Shown here piece by piece: positions 11,457 through 20,412 of a stretch of DNA of 42,038 nt (position 1 is the stretch's first letter; each line of letters opens with the position of its first letter). The translations under genes were made by a program, and so were the position numbers. The notes under the pieces were generated by a model, which did not search any database, had not been told where the DNA came from, and saw only the letters and a list, made by a program, of their open reading frames with translations. The stretch is from an uncultured Pseudomonadota bacterium (GTDB lineage: Bacteria; Oederibacteriota; Muellerivitia; Muellerivitales; Muellerivitaceae), in assembly GCA_963843375.1 (NCBI GenBank), contig CAWJKT010000016.1:1-42038 (forward strand), in the 5' to 3' direction.

Positions 11457-12748
11457 GGGATTGAAACTTTCTTCAGTAAATTTTCAAACCCCGGAAAAGA
11501 AGTGTCAATATTTTCCGTATCCATGACAATGGTGGGGCCCTTTGCGATCAATGCGGCAACGGCCAAGGACATCGCAATCCGATGATCCCCGCCCGAAGAA
11601 AGCCGGCAACCTTTTAATGGCGTTGGCCCTTTGATGATCCATCCATCGGCAGTCGATTCAATATTGGCTCCCATTTTCTTGAGGGTGACCGCCATCATGA
11701 GAATCCGGTCGGATTCCTTCACCTTCAAATCTTGCGCGTTTCGGACAATCGTGGTTCCTCGGGCCTGAGTTGCGGCCACCGCAAAAATGGGAAATTCATC
11801 TATCATCCGAGGTACCGTTTCTCCACCAATCTCTATCGCCTTCAAGTTTGAGGAATATAGGGTGATATTCGCAATGGGTTCTTCGCCCTTGCCGGTTTTC
11901 AAGGGCGAAACAATGATATGAGCTTTCATTTGTCGCAAAACATCCAACAGGCCCGTGCGGGTGGGATTGATTCCAACATTTTTCAAAACAATTTTTGACC
12001 CGGGCACGATCAAACCGGCCACCATGAAAAATGCCGCGGAAGAAATGTCGCCTGGTACTTTGATCACTCGGCTCTTAAATGGCGCCACGGGCCCTTTCAC
12101 GGAAACCCCATGATTTTTTCTGGAAAAAGGAATGGAAAAGGCCTTAAACATCCTTTCCGTATGGTCCCGGGTGGGAAGGGGTTCCACAACCTTCGTTTTG
12201 CCTTCGGCAAAAAGGCCGGCCATGAGAATCGCGCTTTTAACTTGTGCACTAGCGATCGGAAGGCGGTATTGAATACCCTTCAATTTTCGGGCTTCGATTT
12301 TAAGGGGTAAAAAGTTGCCTTCACTGGGCCCGGTAATCCTGGCGCCCATGAAAGCCAATGGCGCGACAACCCGTTTCATGGGGCGCCGCCGCAAATATCG
12401 ATCCCCAGTCATCCGGCTGGTAAAGGGTTGGCCGGCCAATAGTCCTAAAAGAATTCGTGCGGAGGTTCCCGAGTTTCCAGCATCCAAAATTTCGGAAGGA
12501 GGCTTTAGTGAATTTAAGCCCTTGCCTATAATGGAAACCTGATCTCCGGATTGCCGGATTTGAACCCCCATTTTTTTAAAAATGTCGATCGTGGAGAAGC
12601 AATCCTTCGAAGCGAGAAAGTGGTCGATGCGGGTCGTCCCATAAGCCAAGGATCCCAGCATCACCGCTCTATGGGAAATCGATTTGTCCCCGGGAACTGT
12701 CAGGGTTCCTTGGAGGGATTGAACGGGATGAATAACGATTTTTTTCAC
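11453..12748 (-). CDS. aroA: 3-phosphoshikimate 1-carboxyvinyltransferase (EPSP synthase, class II-like)
   Basis: PGDKSISHRA, DAGNSGT, ASAQVKSA, RDHTERM, PGDISSAAF, KESDRI, DHRIAM. Confidence 0.97.
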   Translation of the reverse strand: MKKIVIHPVQSLQGTLTVPGDKSISHRAVMLGSLAYGTTRIDHFLASKDCFSTIDIFKKMGVQIRQSGDQVSIIGKGLNSLKPPSEILDAGNSGTSARILLGLLAGQPFTSRMTGDRYLRRRPMKRVVAPLAFMGARITGPSEGNFLPLKIEARKLKGIQYRLPIASAQVKSAILMAGLFAEGKTKVVEPLPTRDHTERMFKAFSIPFSRKNHGVSVKGPVAPFKSRVIKVPGDISSAAFFMVAGLIVPGSKIVLKNVGINPTRTGLLDVLRQMKAHIIVSPLKTGKGEEPIANITLYSSNLKAIEIGGETVPRMIDEFPIFAVAATQARGTTIVRNAQDLKVKESDRILMMAVTLKKMGANIESTADGWIIKGPTPLKGCRLSSGGDHRIAMSLAVAALIAKGPTIVMDTENIDTSFPGFENLLKKVSIP

Positions 12749-13593
12749 TCGATTTTCTCCCGAAAGGTTCTGGACTTTTCAAAAAAATTCAACCAGTAAC
12801 TGGCATTCCCTTTTTTAAGATTTTTTTCCAGTTCGCCTAAACGGCGTCGATAGCGGGAAAGGAATTTTTTAATTTCACCCGCATTCATCGTCACAATATC
12901 CCCCCACATCGAAGGATTACCCGCCGCGATCCGGGTAAAATCTCTGAATCCCGAACCGACCGCTTTTTTGAAAACCGGGGTTCGTCCTTGATTTTGGCCG
13001 TAAAGCTCCATCAAGGCCGAAGCCAGGATATGGGGAAGGTGGCTGGTCAGGGCCACGCTTCGATCGTGAATCAACGGGTCCGTCACTACGGGAACAGCGC
13101 CAACTTTTTTCCAAAAACGGAAAGCTTGTTGGACCAGGCTTTTCGCGTTTTGGGGTAATGGGGTAATGAAAACTATTCTTCCTTCATAAAGTTCCGGATC
13201 AGCAAAAGAAGGGCCCGACTTCTCCTTACCGGCCATGGGGTGACAAGGCACGAAATGCCGACCCATTTCGGAAATTCGATTCGCTTCCCTTACGACTTCT
13301 CCTTTCACGCTGGAAACATCCATGATGAGGGTATGGGGACGAATCAGGGGAACCAATCGGCGCAGTGATTCCGATATGGAACCGGAATGGGAACAAAGGA
13401 CGATGATATCCGCATTTTGTGTGGCTTTTTCAAAGCTGTCAGCCACGGGAATCAGGCGTGAGGCTTTCTTCCGGGAACTGGCCCGGTGATTCCATCCTAC
13501 TAACTGGACATCTTTTTTCTTTCGGAGGGCAAGAGCAAGGGACCCTCCTAAAAGTCCCACCCCCACAATAGTGATTTGGGTTCGATATGCCAT
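12745..13593 (-). CDS. tyrA: Prephenate/arogenate dehydrogenase
   Basis: GVGLLGGS Rossmann motif, DVSSVKG, HPMAGKEKSG, HD..VALTSHLPH, GFRDFTRIA. Confidence 0.93.
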   Translation of the reverse strand: MAYRTQITIVGVGLLGGSLALALRKKKDVQLVGWNHRASSRKKASRLIPVADSFEKATQNADIIVLCSHSGSISESLRRLVPLIRPHTLIMDVSSVKGEVVREANRISEMGRHFVPCHPMAGKEKSGPSFADPELYEGRIVFITPLPQNAKSLVQQAFRFWKKVGAVPVVTDPLIHDRSVALTSHLPHILASALMELYGQNQGRTPVFKKAVGSGFRDFTRIAAGNPSMWGDIVTMNAGEIKKFLSRYRRRLGELEKNLKKGNASYWLNFFEKSRTFREKIE

Positions 13594-14693
13594 CAGACTT
13601 TCAAAACCCCCCGCGGTGCCAAAATTTCGGAAAAAACTTTTAAAAAGTTTTCCGTTTCGGTTTCAGTTCCTGTGGTGACGCGCAAAGCCTCAGGACCCAC
13701 GGGCCGGACAATGACCCCTTTTCTCAAAAGAGCTTGGTAAATATCACGGGCGTATGGAATGTTGAAATAGACGAAGTTTGCCTGAGATGGGGTAGGTTTC
13801 AGATCCAACTGGGTGAGACCCGTGAAGATTTTTTTCCGCATCCGGCTGTTCAACTCTACCGATTTCTTCATGTGGGGTATGTCCGTCAACGCGGATTCGG
13901 CGGCCACCATTGCCAAGCTGTTCACGTTGAATGGCTGACGTGTTTTTTGGTAAACCTCCACTAATTGGGGGTGGGCGATACCGTAGCCTACCCGCAATCC
14001 AGCCAGTGCGAAGGCTTTTGAAAATGTTCGCAAAATAACGAGGTTGGGATAACTTTCCCTCAAACTCAAGGACTCAAAATAGTTTTTTTCTTCGACGTAC
14101 TCGTAATAGGCCTCGTCCAACACAACTAAAACATCCTTTGGGCATATTTTCAGGAAAGCCTCGATGGCCAGGAGAGGCACCATCGTTCCCGTTGGATTGT
14201 TGGGATTACAAATAAAAACCAGGCGGGTTTTGTCAGTCAAGGCGTTGGAAAAGGACTGAAGGTCATGGGTTTCATTTTTTAAAGGGACCATTTTGGGAAC
14301 AGCCTCAAAAAGCTGGGTGGTTAGGGTATAAACGAAGAACGTATTTTCCGAGAAAAGGACCTCGTCCCCCGGATTTAGGACCATTTGCCCCAAAAGCACT
14401 AAAAGCTCGTTCGAACCGTTTCCCAATATAATTTGACCCGCAGGAACCGTTAAATAATGGGCCAGCGCTTGCGAAAGATTGTGCGCCGCCCCATCCGGAT
14501 ACCGGCTGATTTTACTCAAAGCTTTGGCCAATGATCCCAAAACTTTTGGAGAAGGCCCCAGAGGATTTTCGTTGGAAGCGATTTTGGAAGCGTTCTTGAT
14601 CCCTAATTCCCTTTCCAATTCCTCAATCGGTTTGCCAGGGACATAGGGTTTCATGCTTAAAAGATGATTCCGGAAAGGAACGGGGAAAGTCAT
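13593..14693 (-). CDS. hisC: Histidinol-phosphate / aromatic aminotransferase
   Basis: YVPGKP, SNENPLG, GNGSNE, NPNNPTG, DEAYYEY, RTFSKAFALAGLRVGY. Confidence 0.95.
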   Translation of the reverse strand: MTFPVPFRNHLLSMKPYVPGKPIEELERELGIKNASKIASNENPLGPSPKVLGSLAKALSKISRYPDGAAHNLSQALAHYLTVPAGQIILGNGSNELLVLLGQMVLNPGDEVLFSENTFFVYTLTTQLFEAVPKMVPLKNETHDLQSFSNALTDKTRLVFICNPNNPTGTMVPLLAIEAFLKICPKDVLVVLDEAYYEYVEEKNYFESLSLRESYPNLVILRTFSKAFALAGLRVGYGIAHPQLVEVYQKTRQPFNVNSLAMVAAESALTDIPHMKKSVELNSRMRKKIFTGLTQLDLKPTPSQANFVYFNIPYARDIYQALLRKGVIVRPVGPEALRVTTGTETETENFLKVFSEILAPRGVLKV

Positions 14694-14738
14694 TTCATCG
14701 CCTTTTTCTTTCAGGAAAGCCCGGGCAGTTAAACATTT

Positions 14739-15821
14739 TTATTTCTCGCACCGTGGGTAGGAGCCCAGGACCTTTATTGTTAAGGACGCCTTCTCGATTT
14801 CTTTGATGGCCGCTTGGACCTTCGAGTCATTGATATGACCCAGAAAGTCGATGAAAAAATAATAATCCCACGCCTTCTTTCGGGATGGCCGGGATTCAAT
14901 ATTGGTGAGGTTCAAACCTTGTTTTTCAAAAGGATAAAGGAGTGAAAATAGGGCACCTACTTTGTCTTTAATGGAAACCATGACCGAAGTCTTGTCATTT
15001 CCCGTTTTTTCCGCGGCGGTCCGACCAATCACCAAAAAGCGGGTGTAATTATCTTGCATATCTTCAATGCGTTTAGCGATGGGTTTTAATTTATACAATT
15101 TCGCCGCCAGTTCGGGAGCGATTGCCGCCGCGGAGGGGTTAGAGGCCGCTTGTTCTGCCGCCCGCGAGGTACTGGCGCTTTCGACTATTTTTACGCCGGG
15201 CAAATTAGCTTCCAGCCAAATACGGCATTGTCCTAAGGCTTGGGGGTGGCTATAAACCAACTTAATTTTATCCATGTCTCCCGTCTTGGACATGAGGGTG
15301 TGGGAAATGGGCATTAAAATCTCGGAACAGATTTTCAAATCCGATTCCACGAATAAATCCAGGGTATGGTTGATCATTCCTTCAGTAGAATTTTCAATCG
15401 GCACAACGCCGTAGTGAGCTCTTCCCCGCTCCACCTCCAAAAAAACATCTTTCAAAGTTGGACCGGCGATGTACCCGGTGGAACTGCCGAATTTTTGTAA
15501 TGCGGCGATATGCGTGTTGGAACCCGCTTGCCCGAAATAGGCAATTTTTAAACGGGCTTCCAGGGCAAGGGAACCTGACATAATTTCGCAATAGATATTG
15601 TTGAGAACTTCGACCGGTAACGGTCCCTCGTTCAATTTGGCAATACGCTGGTAAACCTCTTTTTCCCGGTGTGGAGCGTAAAAATGAATTTCGGCTTTTG
15701 ATTTGAGGGCTTTCACTTTCAATATGCTCTTCGCTCGTTCATTCAATAGTTGAACGAGTTTTGAATCGATTCGGTCGATTTCATTTCGTATTTTTTTAAG
15801 GTTTTTTTGGGAAGATTTCAT
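14739..15821 (-). CDS. pheA: Chorismate mutase / prephenate dehydratase (P-protein)
   Basis: N-terminal AroQ domain (IRNEIDRIDSKLVQLLNER), VVPIENSTEG, SHPQALGQC, NYTRF, ACT domain with NLTNIESRPS. Confidence 0.95.
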   Translation of the reverse strand: MKSSQKNLKKIRNEIDRIDSKLVQLLNERAKSILKVKALKSKAEIHFYAPHREKEVYQRIAKLNEGPLPVEVLNNIYCEIMSGSLALEARLKIAYFGQAGSNTHIAALQKFGSSTGYIAGPTLKDVFLEVERGRAHYGVVPIENSTEGMINHTLDLFVESDLKICSEILMPISHTLMSKTGDMDKIKLVYSHPQALGQCRIWLEANLPGVKIVESASTSRAAEQAASNPSAAAIAPELAAKLYKLKPIAKRIEDMQDNYTRFLVIGRTAAEKTGNDKTSVMVSIKDKVGALFSLLYPFEKQGLNLTNIESRPSRKKAWDYYFFIDFLGHINDSKVQAAIKEIEKASLTIKVLGSYPRCEK

Positions 15822-16450
15822 GGTCGAAGCTTTCGGTGATTTCAATAAAACATAAGCGAAAATGTGATTATATTATATTTAAAGTGTTCCAAGGAAAGAT
15901 TATGAAATCATTCCCCTTTTTCACCCCTGCCGATGGATCAGGAATTATCAAATCACCCAGTTGCGGAAGGCATGTCGTATTATTTTCCATCGAATTGGAA
16001 TTACCCGTTTATTAAAAAGCAGGGACCTCCAAAACATCCAAGAATTCATTTTAATTTAAACCTTGCGGTTAAGCCCTTCGTTTTAGGGACGTTTATTTTT
16101 TTAGGGGGTTGTAGCGTTTGTTCTTCCATCAAACAAGTTGAAAATCAATCTTAAACTAGATGATGGGGCCCTTTTTTCTCCTCAATAGGGGTCCTGCTAT
16201 TCCGAAGTGGTCCACTCAAGTAGTAGGGTTTTTGGACAAAAATTTGGACTTATTAAAAAAAGCAGTTTGATTGATCTCCACCAGGATAATTCCTTGGTTA
16301 AGACCATCTGAAATTGAGGAGAAAACAAAATCCTTAAACCTTATTCGAGCTTTCTATCTCGTTACTCTTTTGTAAAACAGGCCAACAGGCTTGTCTCGTT
16401 ATTTTGGAAATACAAAGTTAATCCGCATACCCCTAAAATCGTTGATTTTG

Positions 16451-16479
16451 TTGACTTTTTAGAACGGACCTCATAAACT
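16451..16479 (+). promoter_or_regulatory. Putative sigma70 promoter of the TolB-like gene pair
   Basis: TTGACT-N17-TAAACT followed by AGGA and a TTG start at 16495. Confidence 0.55.
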
Positions 16480-16494
16480 GCCTTCCAGGATTAG

Positions 16495-17842
16495 TTGAAC
16501 GACAAGAATTTCATCGGGGATCAAAGATTGCGCGAAACCTTTAAAAGCCTCTCGATTTTCTCCGCAATGCTGTTGTTGTTGTTGCTTATTTCCACCGGTT
16601 GCGACGTGAATATCCCGGGTTGCGGGAAACGCTCCCTCCCTTTTTTTAGGCCCATTGCCCCGGCACAAGCCTTAAAAACAACTGTAAATACGCCCTCTCT
16701 TCCTCCTAATATCACTCCTTCTCAATCCTCAACCCCGACCTCTTCCACTGCACCATCAACATTATTAGCCAATCCCCCCTCCAAGCAACCGGCCCTTGAG
16801 TCATCCGTGGAAATGTCCATTTCAAAACCCAAGCCAACCGCTACAACGACCGCCACACCCACGGCTACCCCTCAAGAAGTTGAGAAATTTGCCTTTACTA
16901 CGATTGAACGAGGAAAACCCACTCTCTGGACCATGAATGTCGACGGTACGAACAGAGTCCGGGTGACGCCGATTGGAACCAGTTCCTGGTTTCCGCTTTG
17001 GTCTCCTAATGGAAGCCTCCTTGCCTTTCTTTCGGACATGGGGGATGGAAAAATGAACTTATATATCCTCAAAAAAGGTACCGTTGAAACAAAGCAAATC
17101 ACTTTTTTTTCGGATATGTCCTTTGCGGATGCCAGTAATTTAAAACCTCCTTTTTCCTGGTCTCCCCGTAGCGATGAAATTGTTTTTTATTACCACAACC
17201 AAATTTGGAAAATTGGTGTTGACTCTTATTTCCAAGAAAGCATCGTCATGGTAGATCCAAATTATTCCATTTCGGCAATTGAATGGGCTCCCCATCGCGA
17301 TAATCGGTATGTAGCCTATTTAGTAAAGAAAGGCGAAAATTATTTTGGTTTAAAACTGTCCAATCCTCGTTTAAAAGACGACTTAAGACTGGTGGATTCT
17401 TCCGTTCCCCTTTCGGATATTTCCTGGTCTTCGGATGCCCGGGATGTGGCTTATATATCGAATAACACCGTGATTTACTCCGCCTCGGCTCAGACTTCCC
17501 TTCCTAAAACCTTAGTGAACTTGCCCGGCCCCATTTTGGGACCGTTGGTGGCATTTTCACCCTCCGAAACCGGAACTCTTTTGATGGTTTTAGCCAAACA
17601 AGATCCAGTGGAATTAAAGTATCGCGTGGCAATTGTGGATAAATTTGCCACGGATGAGGATCCCGGCAGTTTAAAATACTTGACCGATCCGGGAGTGGAT
17701 TACGCCATTTGGTCGCCAAGCGGCAACAAAATCGCTTATCTCCAATCCGGTGAACTTTGGGTGATGGACGTTCCCTACCGGCGCTAACAAGACAAGAATT
17801 GCCGCAACTGGGATTGAATCTCCCAGTTGGTCGAAAAAGTGA
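16495..17842 (+). CDS. TolB-like (PD40-repeat) beta-propeller lipoprotein with Ser/Thr/Pro linker; one extra base near 17773
   Basis: Lipobox LISTGC and repeated P.WSP.G..(I/L)AF/Y units. Removing one C restores the C-terminus TGANKTRIAATGIESPSWSKK to TGA at 17842. Confidence 0.8.
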
Positions 17843-17850
17843 GCCAGAAA

Positions 17851-18891
17851 ATGAATCTTCAAGCTTTATCAAGGTTGTCTTTATTGTGGGTTTTCCTATT
17901 CCTTTTGGGCGCAGCTTTTACGACCGCATGCAAACCCAAAAAGGTGGAACTTCCCCCTCCGACCCCCATACCCACGCCTGTCGTTCCGCCCGGAAGCATT
18001 GTTTTTGTTCAAAGGGGCCATTTAGTTCGTTTGGATTTGGATTCGTCCCAAATCACGCCGTTAACCAGCGGTAAAAGCACCGAATGGTATCCCGCTTGTT
18101 CCCCCAAAGGCGATCAAGTGGTTTATTGGTCAAACGCAGTTGATCGGGATGATCATAATAAATCCGATACCGGCGTATACAACTTATGGAAAATCAATCT
18201 CGACGGTTCCAACCGGGTTCAACTCACCTTTGATGAAACCAATTCGCTGAAGAGTGCCGACCAAAACTTATTGGTCAACAACACTCCTTCTTGGTCTTCG
18301 GACGGTAAAAAAATCCTATACTGCGCCTCTGGGGACATTTGGATGATGGATTCGGATGGTTATAACCCCGAAACCCTTCTTCTAGGTCATTCCGCTCTTT
18401 GCCCGCAATTTTCTCCTGACGGGAAGTCCATCATTTTCATCAACAACATTGATGATGCCGTCTACAACATTTGGACCATGTCCGTTTCGGACAAGAGCCT
18501 GAAAAAATTGACAGCCTATACCGATTGGAATGTTGGCTCGCCTTCATTTTCAATGGATGGCAGCAAGATCCTTTTTAATCTTTACCGGTCGAACACAACC
18601 CAGGTTTATACGATCAACGCCAAGGATGGAGAAAACCCCGTTAACATCACCAATGACAATCGGAGTCTTTGCCCTAAATTCGCACAGAATGACAGGAAAA
18701 TTTTATATTGTTCCTACGGGACGGGTGAGGATGTGGCGCTGGATATTTTTATCGCCAACAGCAATGGCACCGAATCAAAAAGCTTGAATCTGGAAGGTGG
18801 ATCCTCCCCCAGTTGGGTGCCGGCCCGTGTTTTAACCGCGATTCCATCCATTCTTCCAACCGCGGCACTGCCTGCCCCCATGGGCAAATAA
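17851..18891 (+). CDS. TolB-like (PD40-repeat) beta-propeller lipoprotein
   Basis: Lipobox FTTAC. Repeats PACSPKGDQVVY, PSWSSDGKKILY, PQFSPDGKSIIF, PSFSMDGSKILF. An alternative GTG start at 17839 overlaps the upstream stop. Confidence 0.85.
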   Translation: MNLQALSRLSLLWVFLFLLGAAFTTACKPKKVELPPPTPIPTPVVPPGSIVFVQRGHLVRLDLDSSQITPLTSGKSTEWYPACSPKGDQVVYWSNAVDRDDHNKSDTGVYNLWKINLDGSNRVQLTFDETNSLKSADQNLLVNNTPSWSSDGKKILYCASGDIWMMDSDGYNPETLLLGHSALCPQFSPDGKSIIFINNIDDAVYNIWTMSVSDKSLKKLTAYTDWNVGSPSFSMDGSKILFNLYRSNTTQVYTINAKDGENPVNITNDNRSLCPKFAQNDRKILYCSYGTGEDVALDIFIANSNGTESKSLNLEGGSSPSWVPARVLTAIPSILPTAALPAPMGK

Positions 18892-18931
18892 ACCGAGTTA
18901 CTTTCCGGCCAACCCTTTTAAACCATCTTTT

Positions 18932-20245
18932 TTAAATCCCTTTTAACAATTCGGGATAAAGTGGGAATTTTTTTGTCACTTCCGCGATCTCGCCCTTCAC
19001 TTTCTTGCGGACCCCCTCATCCTCGGGGGCCGAAACCACTTCATTAATCCACTTGGCAATCAACTTGAATTCTCCTTGCTCAAAACCCCGGGTGGTCAGG
19101 GCCGGTGAACCGAGCCTCAATCCACTGGTGAGAAGGGGTGATTCGTTGTCCCAAGGCACAGCGTTCTTGTTGGTGGTAATGTTGGCCTCGTCCAGAGACA
19201 ATTGGGCTTGTTTGCCGTTGATCTTCTTGCTTCGAAGGTCGATGAGCATCAAGTGATTGTCCGTTCCGCCTGAAACCACTTGAAATCCGTAGCCCATCAG
19301 TCCCTCGCAAAGAGCCTTGGCATTCACTTTGACCCGCTTGGCGTAATCCTTAAACGTCGGTTTTAAGATTTCGCCGAAGGCTACCGCTTTGGCGGCTACC
19401 ACATGCATCAAGGGCCCGCCTTGGATGCCCGGGATTATCTGGCTGTCCAAAAGCTCGCTCATTTTCCGGGTCCTGCCGCTTTTGGGAGCCGTAATTCCGA
19501 AGGGATTATCAAAATCCTTCCCCATCAGGATCATCCCGCCCCGGGGACCCCGTAAAGTTTTATGTGTGGTGGTCGTGACCACATGGCAATGAGCCATGGG
19601 ATTATTTAACTCGCCCGCCGCGATCAAACCCGCTGTATGGGCAATGTCTGCCCAAAGAAAGGCACCAACCTCGTCGGCTATTTTCCGGAACTCGGCGTAA
19701 TCCCAGTCTCGGGAATAAGCGGAGGCTCCGATGCTAATCATCTTGGGTTTGTGTTTACGGGCCAGGTCCTTTACCTGGTCTAGATCCACCCGGCCATCTT
19801 CCTTGCGAGTCTGGTAGGCAAAAAAATTGTACATTTTCCCCGAAAAATTCACCTTACTACCGTGGGTCAGGTGTCCCCCATGGGATAAATCCAGACCCAG
19901 GATCGTGTCGCCTGGTTTCACGAAAGTGAAATAGACAGCCATGTTGGCCTGGCTTCCCGAATGGGGCTGGACATTGACATATTCGGCGTTGGAAAATATT
20001 TTAGCGGCCCTTTCCCGGGCCAAATTTTCCACCACGTCCACATACTCACAACCACCGTAATAGCGATTGCCAGGATAGCCTTCGGCGTATTTGTTGGTCA
20101 TCACCCCGCCTTGTGCGGCCATAACCGCCAAACTGGTGAAGTTCTCGGAGGCTATCATTTCCAATTTCTCGTTCTGTCGCTTGAGCTCGTTTTGGTTGGC
20201 CTCCCAAACGGCGAGATCAGCGTTTCTCAGGAAATCAATGGACAT
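18932..20245 (-). CDS. glyA: Serine hydroxymethyltransferase
   Basis: [56 protein letters not shown] before ATG 20245. Confidence 0.98.
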   Translation of the reverse strand: MSIDFLRNADLAVWEANQNELKRQNEKLEMIASENFTSLAVMAAQGGVMTNKYAEGYPGNRYYGGCEYVDVVENLARERAAKIFSNAEYVNVQPHSGSQANMAVYFTFVKPGDTILGLDLSHGGHLTHGSKVNFSGKMYNFFAYQTRKEDGRVDLDQVKDLARKHKPKMISIGASAYSRDWDYAEFRKIADEVGAFLWADIAHTAGLIAAGELNNPMAHCHVVTTTTHKTLRGPRGGMILMGKDFDNPFGITAPKSGRTRKMSELLDSQIIPGIQGGPLMHVVAAKAVAFGEILKPTFKDYAKRVKVNAKALCEGLMGYGFQVVSGGTDNHLMLIDLRSKKINGKQAQLSLDEANITTNKNAVPWDNESPLLTSGLRLGSPALTTRGFEQGEFKLIAKWINEVVSAPEDEGVRKKVKGEIAEVTKKFPLYPELLKGI

Positions 20246-20294
20246 GGTTTCTCCTTGATGGGGCTTATTTTTCGACGGGGCTTTGAAGTCACGA

Positions 20295-20323
20295 ATTATA
20301 GGGGAAAGGACTTTCCCTCGCAA
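20295..20323 (-). promoter_or_regulatory. Putative sigma70 promoter of glyA with a palindromic spacer
   Basis: Minus strand reads TTGCGA-N17-TATAAT. The spacer contains the perfect inverted repeat GGGAAAG-N2-CTTTCCC (20302-20317). Confidence 0.65.
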
Positions 20324-20412
20324 GGATTGGAACGGAAGGTAAATCCTTCCTTTTGGAAAAAATACTATGCCCTGGGCAAGATATCTCTAGCCTCCCCCTA
20401 CTCCTTTATCTT

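Noticed and set aside
15933..16154. 73-aa ORF with a lipobox-like FLGGC
   Set aside because: The Cys is far from the start, there is no clear RBS and no recognisable family, so it is not called as a gene.
20246..20412. ZMP/ZTP or glycine riboswitch upstream of glyA
   Set aside because: The predicted promoter leaves only about 40 nt of leader and I recognised no aptamer consensus.
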